Shown here: positions 15,472-24,853 of the stretch, piece by piece
Position numbering within the stretch: position 1 is the stretch's first letter
Layout: each line of letters opens with the position of its first letter
Source of the DNA: Erysipelothrix larvae
GTDB lineage: Bacteria; Bacillota_I; Bacilli_A; Erysipelotrichales; Erysipelotrichaceae
DNA: 32,000 bases
Direction of reading: 5' to 3'
NCBI RefSeq assembly: GCF_001545095.1
Contig: NZ_CP013213.1
Location: 1,920,001 to 1,952,000, forward strand
Program-made: the position numbers and the translations under genes
The notes under the pieces: generated by a model
What the model was told of the DNA's origin: nothing
Seen by the model: only the letters and a program-made list of their open reading frames with translations
Databases searched by the model: none

Positions 15472-15870
15472 TTAATGAATAAAGTCTTTTGCTTTTTGTT
15501 GAATATACACCAGCATCAATATAGGAACAATCAATATAAACGAGAATACATACCCCGCATACATGAAGGTCAATAGATTCATGATTGAGATTGCGATAAT
15601 GATCAACATCAACCGTCTCATGAGTTTAAAGTTCCCTTTATTGAGGTTAATATAAGCATACAACAATAATGCATAAATAATAATATAGGTAACCAATGAC
15701 CAATTGAGTATCAACTGAGTTGTTTCTGTATTGGTATTGTTATTATGTGCAGCAGTTATTTGTAACATGACCGTAATCAAATCAATCGCAAACACACCTG
15801 CTATCATTAATATATTGGACACAGTCCCTTTTTTAAATTCTCTGAGTTTATCTCTATATTTTACTTTCAT
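15472..15870 (-). CDS. Small membrane protein, about 4 TM, unknown function
   Basis: 132 aa, hydrophobic throughout. No recognisable motif. Confidence 0.55.
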   Translation of the reverse strand: MKVKYRDKLREFKKGTVSNILMIAGVFAIDLITVMLQITAAHNNNTNTETTQLILNWSLVTYIIIYALLLYAYINLNKGNFKLMRRLMLIIIAISIMNLLTFMYAGYVFSFILIVPILMLVYIQQKAKDFIH

Positions 15871-15899
15871 AATTTAACAACCATTCTATGCATCCGCAA

Positions 15900-16346
15900 T
15901 TACTTGTTAGAAACAATCAGTTCACACTGAGTGTTTAAGTAATCACGCATTTCCTTAAACTTCTTATTTTGTTTTAACTTATACAACCACGATACAAGCA
16001 TATGATTTAATGAATCCGATTTCTTATCCGTTTCAAGTTCATAACGATAGTCTAAACGCGTTTTATCATCAGACTCTTTGATGAGGTTATATGTTACAAG
16101 GTATTTCTCCATCTTTTCACGATGTATCGTATATGATATTGACTCATTTGGTTTAACGTCCACAACCTTAGAATAATTCATAAAAGGCCCCATCGTGGTC
16201 TCAATTTTAAACTTATAATCGATCTTGTGAACCGTATCCAGTGTATACTTATTATCATTATATGCATTTGCATTATCAACAATCAGTTGTGCAATTGCTT
16301 GATATACGACTTCGATTGGATAGTTAAATACAGCTTTGTTCTTCAT
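15900..16346 (-). CDS. DUF3284-like / SRPBCC-fold protein commonly linked to cellobiose-type PTS genes
   Basis: 148 aa. The C-terminal ...LNHMLVSWLYKLKQNKKFKEMRDYL resembles the DUF3284 tail as I recall it. It lies immediately downstream of an EIIC gene, with SD GAGGTG. Confidence 0.55.
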   Translation of the reverse strand: MKNKAVFNYPIEVVYQAIAQLIVDNANAYNDNKYTLDTVHKIDYKFKIETTMGPFMNYSKVVDVKPNESISYTIHREKMEKYLVTYNLIKESDDKTRLDYRYELETDKKSDSLNHMLVSWLYKLKQNKKFKEMRDYLNTQCELIVSNK

Positions 16347-16357
16347 AATTCACCTCG

Positions 16358-16390
16358 AGTAAGAAAAGAAAGAGTGGAAACCCACTCTTT
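16358..16390 (-). terminator. Hairpin plus T-rich tract between the EIIC and DUF3284 genes (partial terminator or processing site)
   Basis: Stem AAAGAGTGG / CCACTCTTT (16369-16390) followed on the minus strand by CTTTTCTT. Confidence 0.45.
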
Positions 16391-16403
16391 ACATTATATA
16401 TTA

Positions 16404-17759
16404 TTAAGCTTGTTCTGCAAGTTGTTTTTCAAATTCTTTATTTGATAACAATACGAATGGTACGTAGATTACTACAGAAACTGCTAAACAGATAATTGAA
16501 GTAATGATTGCTCCTATGTTGAAGTTAGTAGCCATCGCAGCACCTAAGATTGGAGGTGTTGTCCAAGGAATACTATTTACAACGCGTCCAGCAAATCCAA
16601 CCCAAGTTAAGATAAATCCGATTGCAGTCAACAATGGTGTTGATATTACAAATGGAATTAAGTATGTAGGGTTAAGAACGATAGGAATACCGAAGATAAT
16701 TGGTTCGTTGATTTCGAAGATACCAGGAGCCAATGAGATATTAGCGATTTCCTTAGCATCTGGACGTTTGTTGAAGAATTTAAGTGCGATGATAAGTCCT
16801 AGAGTTGCCCCTGAACCACCAAGGTCAGCATAGATTACCCAGCTTGTTCCTGTCCAAGGATATAGAACAGCGTCTTTACCGTATTGAGCAAATGCTTGTA
16901 CGTTAAGTGTATCAAATGTTCCCCAGATTGGAGATTGTACAGGAGCTGTCAAGTTAGGTCCGTGTAGACCAGCAAACCATAGAATTGTTTGTGACATCTT
17001 GAAGAATACAGCACCCAATAGACCAGGTAAGAATGCATCAGTAGATTGACCACCGAAGATTCTCATTAATCCAGCTTGCATTGTTTCTTCAAATAATGCG
17101 AAGATATTTGATGCTGAACCTTCCGCTAAGAAGCCAGTTGAAGCACCAATTGAGAATAGGTATGGTACTAAAGCAAATGCAGATAATGTAATGAAACCTG
17201 GAATGATCGCAGCAAACGCGCGTCCAACTGCAGGTGGCACCATATCAGGCATTTTAATAATCCAACCTTTTTTAACAATCTTAATGAAGATAAGTGGAGC
17301 AATTAAACCAGTTAGCATACCAACCAAGATACCCATAGCTCCATAGTAGTCAGCGATGTATGATGCTACTTCACTAACACGTGTTTTAGGACCTAAGATG
17401 AAGAATGCACCAGCAGTAATTAATACTGTTGAAAGTGGATCTACATCTTCGTCTTTAGCTCTAATGTAAGCAATACCTAAAGCTACAGCGAATGCAGTTA
17501 ATGACAGTGTACCTGGATCGATAGCACTGAAGAATGGAGCGACCCATTGACCTGCCCATATAAAGAATGGGTGTTCAGCAGGGTTTTCCCCACCAATAAT
17601 ACCAGCTAATAGTGACCAAGAAACAAAGAATACGTTGTTAATCATCGTAGCGACTGCACCAGCCATTAATAATGGCATTGTAGATGCAAAACCGTCACGA
17701 ATAGCAATCATATACTTATTCGAGCCAACTTTAGCAGCAATTTCCATAAATTTGTCCAT
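16404..17759 (-). CDS. PTS lactose/cellobiose-family EIIC permease
   Basis: 451 aa. N-terminal ...KYMIAIRDGFASTMPLLMAG and ...GIFEINEPIIFGIPIVLNP are hallmark EIIC (Lac family) motifs. SD is GGAGG. Confidence 0.9.
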   Translation of the reverse strand: MDKFMEIAAKVGSNKYMIAIRDGFASTMPLLMAGAVATMINNVFFVSWSLLAGIIGGENPAEHPFFIWAGQWVAPFFSAIDPGTLSLTAFAVALGIAYIRAKDEDVDPLSTVLITAGAFFILGPKTRVSEVASYIADYYGAMGILVGMLTGLIAPLIFIKIVKKGWIIKMPDMVPPAVGRAFAAIIPGFITLSAFALVPYLFSIGASTGFLAEGSASNIFALFEETMQAGLMRIFGGQSTDAFLPGLLGAVFFKMSQTILWFAGLHGPNLTAPVQSPIWGTFDTLNVQAFAQYGKDAVLYPWTGTSWVIYADLGGSGATLGLIIALKFFNKRPDAKEIANISLAPGIFEINEPIIFGIPIVLNPTYLIPFVISTPLLTAIGFILTWVGFAGRVVNSIPWTTPPILGAAMATNFNIGAIITSIICLAVSVVIYVPFVLLSNKEFEKQLAEQA

Positions 17760-17815
17760 GTTTACCTCCTAGACCAAATTTTGTGGTAAAGCGCCTAAGC
17801 AACTTTGACATTGAA

Positions 17816-17844
17816 ATAATATCACACTGTGTTAGCGTTTTCAA
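17816..17844 (-). promoter_or_regulatory. Sigma-A promoter for the EIIC gene (-35 TTGAAA, 17-nt spacer, -10 TATTAT)
   Basis: Read on the minus strand as TTGAAAacgctaacacagtgtgaTATTAT, about 55 nt upstream of the ATG. Confidence 0.55.
17830..17843. promoter_or_regulatory. Catabolite-responsive element (cre) candidate TGTTAGCGTTTTCA
   Basis: Fits TGWNANCGNTNWCA at every constrained position. It overlaps the -35 and spacer of the candidate promoter. Confidence 0.55.
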
Positions 17845-18310
17845 GCGATAAATCACACATTATCACAAAAAATGTGGTGGTTTCACATAATTTATTGATA
17901 TATAGAAATTTTATTTCAATAGATACCCCTATTATCTACTATTTACATGGTTTATCGTCATTATACATTTTTATAAAAGGACCTATGTTTCAAAAATTTT
18001 TTTTGTCTCTATCTTAACTTTTATTACATTTTACCGTCATTTCACACTCTATCCACTTAAAATGGTCGTTTTTTACTCAAAACACTTTATTTATCACAAA
18101 TGAAATTAGCATTAATATGTGAATTCTCGGTCATAAATTCGATGTTTCTACATGTTATGAATCTGATTTTAGTGTTTATATCATCCATAACAAGAACAAA
18201 AGGTTCAACATAATCTTGAAATAAAATTGTGAAACTTTGAAATAAAAGTTCAAAAAAACAAACAAATGCGCCTATTTCTCCCTTTAATGAGCTGAAAACA
18301 CCTTTAATTA

Positions 18311-18326
18311 TGTGACACTGGTCACA
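18311..18326. promoter_or_regulatory. Perfect palindrome TGTGA-N6-TCACA (TGTGAcactggTCACA)
   Basis: Direct reading. It is embedded in a cluster of GTGACAC/GTGTCAC/CTGACAC repeats at 18311-18360. Confidence 0.35.
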
Positions 18327-18421
18327 CAATCTCATGTGTCACTAAACAATCTGACACTTTAAACACTTAAATAAATGTTTTACCTCGAAATTATGTGGAA
18401 TAAATGAGTGAAAAAAAGAGG

Positions 18422-19201
18422 TTACTGATAAACCTCTTTGTAATGGTTAGGGGTCATCCCCATGTATTTTTTAAAGACAACACTGAAGTATCGTTGATCC
18501 CGATATCCAACACACTTCGCAACTTCATATATCATCAGGTTAGGATCTAGAAGCAGTTCACACGCAATCTTTATCCGGTAGATGGTCAGATACTCATGGA
18601 AACTAAAGCTTGTTTCAGACCGAAACAAACGACTCAATGAACTCTCCGATACATCCAAAATATCACAGCAATTCGATATGGATACTTCTTTAGCGTAATG
18701 TTCATGTATATAATCCAATGCTGCGATAATCTTCAAATGTTGACTGCGTTTACTTTTAGATAAGTACCGATCCATGGTATTCAACATATCATTTCGTGTT
18801 ACAGTTTGTTGTCGCTTCAGAGTTTGGAGTGCTTTTACATTATCCACTGCTTTGACTAAAGCATCATTCAACTGTTCATCACTAAAGGGTTTAATGAGAT
18901 AATCAACAGCACCATATTGCAAAGCTTTTTTGGCATATTCAAACTCACTAAATGCACTCATTACAATAAAGATTGACTCACCAGTTTGCGAGAGTGCTTC
19001 AATCATGTCCAGTCCATCCATAATTGGCATACGAATATCAGTCATGATAATATCTGGATTTAGTTTGTTTGCTAATGCAAGTCCTTCTTTACCATTGGAT
19101 GCTTCCGCAATGACTTCTAATCCCCATCGTTCCCAAGGTGTAGTGATAATCAAACCTTTCCGTGCAATCTTTTCATCTTCCACTACCAGTACACGAATCA
19201 T
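18422..19201 (-). CDS. Response regulator, REC plus AraC-type HTH (YesN-like)
   Basis: MIRVLVVEDE...DIIMTDIRMPIMDGL...YLIKPF forms the receiver. The C-terminal AraC HTH includes YEVAKCVGYRDQRYFSVVFKKYMGMTP. SD is GGGAGGAAG. Confidence 0.9.
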   Translation of the reverse strand: MIRVLVVEDEKIARKGLIITTPWERWGLEVIAEASNGKEGLALANKLNPDIIMTDIRMPIMDGLDMIEALSQTGESIFIVMSAFSEFEYAKKALQYGAVDYLIKPFSDEQLNDALVKAVDNVKALQTLKRQQTVTRNDMLNTMDRYLSKSKRSQHLKIIAALDYIHEHYAKEVSISNCCDILDVSESSLSRLFRSETSFSFHEYLTIYRIKIACELLLDPNLMIYEVAKCVGYRDQRYFSVVFKKYMGMTPNHYKEVYQ

Positions 19202-20903
19202 ATGCTTCCTCCCTACTTATTGGAATCTTGATATATACAACGGTTCCAATGTCCTTTTTGCTTTCCCACCACAAACCATACTGGTTTCCATAATGTAGTT
19301 TAATGCGGTGATTTACGTTTTGAAGACCAATCCCAGAATGTGAAATGTCTTCAAAACAGGCATCCGTTCCAACACCATTGTCTGCAACCGTTAAATACAA
19401 ATAATCATGGGTATCATCAACCCAACCACTCACTTCCACAATGCCTTTTCGATCCATCGGTTCAATGCCATGGATAATAGAGTTTTCAATGATAGGTTGT
19501 AAGATAAGTCGCGGTATTTGGATGCAATACGCTTCAGACTGAATTCCAAGCATGAAATTTAAACGGTCTTCATAGCGTATCTGTTGGATACTGATGTAAC
19601 TGGATACCATTTCGATTTCTTCTTCAAGGGTACAAAACTGATCTCGATTATTCATTGCACTCAATAATAAGACACTTAACTTTGTCACCATTTCTTGAAT
19701 GTCATCATATTCTTTAAGTTTTGCTTTCCACTTAATCGAATCCAAGGTGTTATTAATAAAGTGCGGGTTAATTTGCGACATCAAAGACTTAATCTCTGCT
19801 TGTCGCATCAAATCTTGTTTCTCCAAATTCAGTTTGTGATACTTTTCAATGCGATCAATTAACAAATCAAACTGATTGGATAGTCGTGAAATCTCATCCT
19901 TTTGATCCAAGATTTCCAGTGTGCTGTCATAATTTTTATAAGCGTTCATCTTGTTCACAAGACTATTGATGGGGGTCACAATGGATTGTGTGAGTCCGTT
20001 TCCAATATAGAACGATAAAATAATGGTTGTAATGATGAGTAAGACAATGAGTGATGCCAGCATCTTTCCTTGATCATATACCAATCGATTGTGAATCAAA
20101 CCATATATCTGATATCCATACGCTGCATTCTCAATGGTTTTCAACGTGTTCTCTTTTAATGATGATACCCCTGTGTTGGTACCATCTTGAGCCAATACAT
20201 TCTTTATAAGCCCAATGTTGTTGTAGAAGTAGGAATCATTATAGATTACCGTGTCATACTTTGAAGCCAAAATAAACTGAACATAACCATAGGATGTTCC
20301 CTTTACACTACTAAATAAAGATTGAATATATTCTGTTGACACATCAAGTATCAAATACCCGGTGTGTACATCGTCTTGTATCACACTGTATACAATGGAG
20401 TATGCATTATAAAATGAATCATTTACCTTATAAGCATTGGCATAAAAATGTGTGTCCTCATTTTGCGCGAAGCGATACACACCCCAATTCTTATTCGTCG
20501 GATATGAATACAGTTCAGGCAGTCGATCTGTGCCAACATGCTGACCACTTATACTGACATAATATAAATTCATCGCTCCTAAATCCCGATTTAATGTATG
20601 AAAAAACGCTGTCTCAATGCCTTTTTGTTGATCTGGAGTTATGGTTTCTTTCCCTATAAGGTCATGTTCCAATAGCGAATTTTTTAAGTTCTTTATGGTG
20701 AACTGTTGTGATTCAATGGTTGAACTTAAAATGTCATCTGCTGTTAAGAGTACTTCATCAAGGCGTTGAGTTAAACTCGTATTTGTTGTGCGCGTGATAA
20801 AGAACACCGAAAAAAAACCAAGTAGCAGTAAAGGAAGTATTGATGATAAAATAATCATCCACAATAATTTCCTTTTAATACTTTTCTTGGTTTTAATTTT
20901 CAT
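19173..20903 (-). CDS. Sensor histidine kinase, YesM/LytS-type (two TMs, large extracytoplasmic domain, HAMP, His_kinase, HATPase)
   Basis: H-box is QINPHFINNTLDSIKW. ATPase motifs are IIENSIIHG and DNGVG...GIGLQNV. The stop overlaps the regulator start by 29 nt. Confidence 0.9.
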   Translation of the reverse strand: MKIKTKKSIKRKLLWMIILSSILPLLLLGFFSVFFITRTTNTSLTQRLDEVLLTADDILSSTIESQQFTIKNLKNSLLEHDLIGKETITPDQQKGIETAFFHTLNRDLGAMNLYYVSISGQHVGTDRLPELYSYPTNKNWGVYRFAQNEDTHFYANAYKVNDSFYNAYSIVYSVIQDDVHTGYLILDVSTEYIQSLFSSVKGTSYGYVQFILASKYDTVIYNDSYFYNNIGLIKNVLAQDGTNTGVSSLKENTLKTIENAAYGYQIYGLIHNRLVYDQGKMLASLIVLLIITTIILSFYIGNGLTQSIVTPINSLVNKMNAYKNYDSTLEILDQKDEISRLSNQFDLLIDRIEKYHKLNLEKQDLMRQAEIKSLMSQINPHFINNTLDSIKWKAKLKEYDDIQEMVTKLSVLLLSAMNNRDQFCTLEEEIEMVSSYISIQQIRYEDRLNFMLGIQSEAYCIQIPRLILQPIIENSIIHGIEPMDRKGIVEVSGWVDDTHDYLYLTVADNGVGTDACFEDISHSGIGLQNVNHRIKLHYGNQYGLWWESKKDIGTVVYIKIPISREEAYDSCTGSGR

Positions 20904-20912
20904 AATACTCCC

Positions 20913-22568
20913 CTAAACAACTGATACCTTACCCTTACTTATTATACTAAATAACACAAAGGATAGTAAAGTAGCAAGTGTTAGGATACTAGCAAGCGCT
21001 GCAGCGGTACCAAAACTAGCTCGTACAACCTCAGTATAGATTGCGACTGAAATTGTAGCAGTTTTCCCAGTATATAGCATAATACTTGAACTCAGTTCAT
21101 TAATGGTACTAATCCAACTTAAGATTGCACCTGACACAATACCAGGTAGCATCAACCGTGCAGTAATTAAGAAGAATGATTTCATTGGGGACACCCCTAA
21201 ATTAATCGAAGCTTCTTCCACACTTTGATCCACTTGTTGAAGAATTGCACTGGATGACCGTACGGTAAAGGGCATTTTTCGAATGACATAGGCAATAATC
21301 ATAATGTAAGGAGTTCCTGCAAGTACGATTGGTCCTTTTTTAAATGCAAGTAGAAGACCAATTCCAAGGACTGCACCTGGAATAACATAAGGGAACATCA
21401 CCAATATATCAAGAATATCTGAACTCTTACTGCGACGTTTTGTGATAAGATACGCAATAATGATGCCTAAACCAATAATCAAGACAATCGCTACGGTTGA
21501 ATAGGTGAAGGTATTGCGAATGTTCATACCCAGTTTATAGAATATTGTTTGATAACTGTCTAAACTAAAGCCTTTCACAAATACCGGTCCATTAGTTTTT
21601 AAAAACGACGTATAGACCACAACAACCTGTGGTAAGAATGTAATGGATGTCACAATAAATACACCCAGAGTTAACAGAACTCTTGGGATGATTTTTAGTT
21701 GTTCAATCTTAGGAGGTCGAAGTGTACTCATCGTATATTGTTTTTTCGCAACAACTCGTTTTTGATATAAAAGTACTGAGAGTGAACAGCATACTACAAT
21801 AATACTGAGTGCAGATGCAAGTCCTGGGTTCCCCCCCATTTCACTCATAAACTCTTCATACACCAATACAGGCAATACTTTATATCCTTCACCAATTAGC
21901 ATTGGTGTTCCAAAGTCAGCAAGACTAGACATAAAGACCATGACAGCACCTGCCGCAATTGTTGGAAGGATTACTGGAAAGGTGACAGTCATCATGCGTT
22001 TCCACTTACTCATCCCTAAATTCTCAGCAGCTTCTTCCAATGAACTATCAATGCTATCCAAAGCTCCAGATACATACAAATACACATATGGGTATAGTTT
22101 CAGTGTAAAAACAAGAATGATTCCCCAAAACCCATAAATAGATGGGAAGTGGATTCCAAGCGTATCAAGAAAACGTGTAATGGTTCCATTTCTTCCAAGC
22201 AGTAAAATCCATGAATAAGCACCAATAAACGGTGGTGACAGTAACGACATAATAATCATCACATTCACAATTCGTTTACCCCATATATTATAGCGTGATG
22301 TGATATAGGCTAAAGGTACCCCAATAATCACTGCCCCTATGGTTGCACTTGCTGATACTTTCAAGGACCGAAATAAAGTCTCGTAGTAATACTTATATGT
22401 AAAAAATGTCTTGAAATTATCTAACGTAAACTCCCCTTCATAGGATAAGAAGCTTCTTCCAAACAGTGAAAAGAACGGATACATCAGAAAAATAGCAAAG
22501 ATTAGAAAAATCCCTATTTTCGCAAAGAACCAAAAATCAAGATTTCTTCGATTCAAAGTTTTACCCAT
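20913..22568 (-). CDS. ABC transporter permease, fused double-domain (FbpB/AfuB/ThiP type, about 12 TM)
   Basis: 551 aa with two BPD-type permease halves (…SLEEAAENLGMSKW… and …SVEEASINLGVSPM… EAA loops). Confidence 0.88.
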   Translation of the reverse strand: MGKTLNRRNLDFWFFAKIGIFLIFAIFLMYPFFSLFGRSFLSYEGEFTLDNFKTFFTYKYYYETLFRSLKVSASATIGAVIIGVPLAYITSRYNIWGKRIVNVMIIMSLLSPPFIGAYSWILLLGRNGTITRFLDTLGIHFPSIYGFWGIILVFTLKLYPYVYLYVSGALDSIDSSLEEAAENLGMSKWKRMMTVTFPVILPTIAAGAVMVFMSSLADFGTPMLIGEGYKVLPVLVYEEFMSEMGGNPGLASALSIIVVCCSLSVLLYQKRVVAKKQYTMSTLRPPKIEQLKIIPRVLLTLGVFIVTSITFLPQVVVVYTSFLKTNGPVFVKGFSLDSYQTIFYKLGMNIRNTFTYSTVAIVLIIGLGIIIAYLITKRRSKSSDILDILVMFPYVIPGAVLGIGLLLAFKKGPIVLAGTPYIMIIAYVIRKMPFTVRSSSAILQQVDQSVEEASINLGVSPMKSFFLITARLMLPGIVSGAILSWISTINELSSSIMLYTGKTATISVAIYTEVVRASFGTAAALASILTLATLLSFVLFSIISKGKVSVV

Positions 22569-23625
22569 TTAAGTTCACCTTACCTTCAGCGTCATAGATG
22601 TTGATCATTGCTTCATCAAGCTGTAGATAAACGTTGGTTTCTTTTCGTATTCCCATCCCATTTTGGGTGTACTCATTCACTTCAACAACATCTCCATTAT
22701 CCAGCTTAATTTCATAGTTCACAAAATCACCTAAGAAAGTCGCAAGAATAATGGTTCCTCTTAGTCCTACATTATTGGACGCAAATCTGAATTGCTCTGG
22801 ACGTACTGAAACTAAGATTTGATCCCCTTGGTTTCCTTTATTGGGTTTAGTTACTGTGTAATCGCCAATCACAAGTGTTTTAGAGTCTTTTACGACACCA
22901 TTTAAGAAATTAGAGGTACCAATAAAATTGGATACAAACTTGTTTTGTGGACTTTGATACAGCCGATCAGGCGCATCAATCTGTTCCACTTTACCCTTAT
23001 TCATTACCGCAATACGATCTGAAATCGCCAATGCTTCTTCTTGATCATGGGTAACATAGATGGTTGTGATATTGAGTTGTTTTTGAAGTTTACGAATGAT
23101 TGTTCTCATTTGAATCCGTAACTTTGCATCCAAATTACTCAATGGCTCATCCATCAGTAATATCTTAGGTTCAATAACGATGGCACGTGCAAGTGCAACC
23201 CGTTGTTGTTGTCCACCTGATAAGGCAGACGGCATACGATCTTTTAAATCAGAGATCTGAACAATGTCCAGAGCCTTCATAATGCGCTCATGGGCTTTAT
23301 CTTTTGGTACTTTTCGTGCTTTGAGTCCATATCCTACATTGTCATAGATTGAAAGATGTGGGAACACTGCATAGTTTTGAAACACCATACCGATGTCACG
23401 CTTATGCGCTGGCATATCGTTGATTTTCTTATCCCCAAAATAGATGCCCCCTTGTTCAATACTGTTGAACCCTGCAATCATACGCAGTAGTGTAGTTTTA
23501 CCACATCCACTGGGACCCAGCAAGGTAAAAAACTCACCTTCTTCAATTGTGATAGACACATCATCGATGGCTTTGAATGTTCCATAATATTTCACTGTAT
23601 TTTTAATTGCTACATCTACACTCAT
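22561..23625 (-). CDS. ABC transporter ATP-binding protein (FbpC/PotA/AfuC type with C-terminal TOBE-like domain)
   Basis: Walker A is GPSGCGKTT, the signature is LSGGQQQRVALARA, Walker B is ILLMDEPLS. Overlaps the permease gene by 8 nt. Confidence 0.92.
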   Translation of the reverse strand: MSVDVAIKNTVKYYGTFKAIDDVSITIEEGEFFTLLGPSGCGKTTLLRMIAGFNSIEQGGIYFGDKKINDMPAHKRDIGMVFQNYAVFPHLSIYDNVGYGLKARKVPKDKAHERIMKALDIVQISDLKDRMPSALSGGQQQRVALARAIVIEPKILLMDEPLSNLDAKLRIQMRTIIRKLQKQLNITTIYVTHDQEEALAISDRIAVMNKGKVEQIDAPDRLYQSPQNKFVSNFIGTSNFLNGVVKDSKTLVIGDYTVTKPNKGNQGDQILVSVRPEQFRFASNNVGLRGTIILATFLGDFVNYEIKLDNGDVVEVNEYTQNGMGIRKETNVYLQLDEAMINIYDAEGKVNLNG

Positions 23626-23650
23626 AATTCATATTCCTTCCCTAATACAA

Positions 23651-23669
23651 AAAGAGGAACTCCCTCTTT
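23651..23669 (-). terminator. Intra-operon hairpin after the binding-protein gene (AAAGAGG / CCTCTTT then TTG)
   Basis: 7-bp stem and 5-nt loop in the 51-nt gap between the binding-protein stop and the ATPase start. Confidence 0.35.
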
Positions 23670-23676
23670 TCGTTAA

Positions 23677-24693
23677 CTATTCACCTACAACAATATCTTT
23701 CCATTGTTTAAGGATTGCGTCTTTATCCATTGCAGCCCAGTCAAAGTCATAATCAACCAACTTAATATCTGCTAATGGTATTAATCCTTCAGGCGCTTTC
23801 GCATCTTTACGAATTGAACGGCGACTTAATTCTGATGACATAATTTCTTGTGTTTCTGTACTGAGTACAAAATCCACAAATTTCTTCGCATTGTCTAGGT
23901 TTTTCGCGTCTTTAATAATCGCAACACCATCTGGAATTGCTGAAGTGCCTTCCTCTGGGTAAACTATTTTCACAGGAGCACCACTTGCAACATATTTAAC
24001 TGCTTCTTTTTCAAGTGTTAATCCCAATGCATATTCCCCATCTGCAACACCTTTGTAGACACCTGATGAACTGGTAAGAATCTTGCCATCAAGGTTTGCA
24101 TAAAATTGTTTCATAAAGTCCCAACCTTTACCATCATCTTTACCAAAGGCTTGGATCATGGTTGCCATAATCGTATATGCTGAACCGCTTTTCGCAGGAT
24201 CTGCCATCGCGATTTGACCTTTAAATGCTGGATTTAAGACATCATTCCATGATGTCGGTGCATCACTTTCAGATACCAAGTTTGTATTATACATTAATAC
24301 CATTGGTAATGGACTTTCCCCAATCCATTTGAATGCTGGATCATAATAGATACTATCAATATTCTTAAGTTCTGGTGATTCATAAGCTTCAAAGTAGTCT
24401 GTATAGGCAGCTAATGATTCAGCGCCTCCACCCCACAATACATCACCTAAAGGTTGCCCGTCTTCTGATTCAACACGTTTTAGAAGTTCGCCAGTTCCTG
24501 CTGCAACTACATCCACCTGAATCCCTGTTTTCTCTTGGAATTCCTTAACAATTAAGTTAATGGTTTCTGCAGGGTGTGGTGAATAAAGTGTGAGCGTATT
24601 GCTTTCTTTATCCCCTGTACCTGATGATGATCCACAGGCACTCAATAATGATAAACACAACACCAATGTGAACGCTTTAATAATTCGTTTCAT
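23677..24693 (-). CDS. ABC substrate-binding lipoprotein, AfuA/FbpA/TbpA-like (solute-binding family 1)
   Basis: Lipobox is LLSACGSS. At 338 aa it matches the size and composition of the Fe3+/thiamine/sugar-phosphate SBP cluster. It is partnered with a double permease. Confidence 0.8.
   Translation of the reverse strand: MKRIIKAFTLVLCLSLLSACGSSSGTGDKESNTLTLYSPHPAETINLIVKEFQEKTGIQVDVVAAGTGELLKRVESEDGQPLGDVLWGGGAESLAAYTDYFEAYESPELKNIDSIYYDPAFKWIGESPLPMVLMYNTNLVSESDAPTSWNDVLNPAFKGQIAMADPAKSGSAYTIMATMIQAFGKDDGKGWDFMKQFYANLDGKILTSSSGVYKGVADGEYALGLTLEKEAVKYVASGAPVKIVYPEEGTSAIPDGVAIIKDAKNLDNAKKFVDFVLSTETQEIMSSELSRRSIRKDAKAPEGLIPLADIKLVDYDFDWAAMDKDAILKQWKDIVVGE
24667..24680. promoter_or_regulatory. 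cre-like site TGTGAACGCTTTAA inside the first codons of the binding-protein gene (13 of 14 constrained and free positions compatible; one mismatch)
   Basis: Fits TGWNANCGNTNWCA except at position 13 (A instead of C). Confidence 0.25.
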
Positions 24694-24853
24694 AGTTCCT
24701 CCCTCGCAAACGCTTTCAGTTTACACAACTAGAATAACACATACAAAAACACTTGAGAACGCGACAATCCAGTCAATATGTTCAAATTTCGAGCAGGTCA
24801 TTGCGTAAGTTTTCATGTCCGTGTAAAAATAAGCATTAAAGAGGAGGAGCATT

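Noticed and set aside
17829-18017. 62-aa plus-strand ORF in the same spacer
   Set aside because: It overlaps the candidate EIIC promoter and cre site, has no SD, and looks like an AT-rich chance ORF.
18087-18335. 82-aa minus-strand ORF in the long spacer upstream of the EIIC gene
   Set aside because: It has no SD, its start lies inside the palindrome cluster, its composition is unremarkable and it shows no recognisable motif. I treated it as non-coding, although a small protein or pseudogene remnant cannot be excluded.
24705-24718. cre-like sequence CGCAAACGCTTTCA in the binding-protein gene leader
   Set aside because: It has two mismatches at constrained positions (1 and 3) of TGWNANCGNTNWCA. 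The site at 24667-24680 is a better but still weak candidate.
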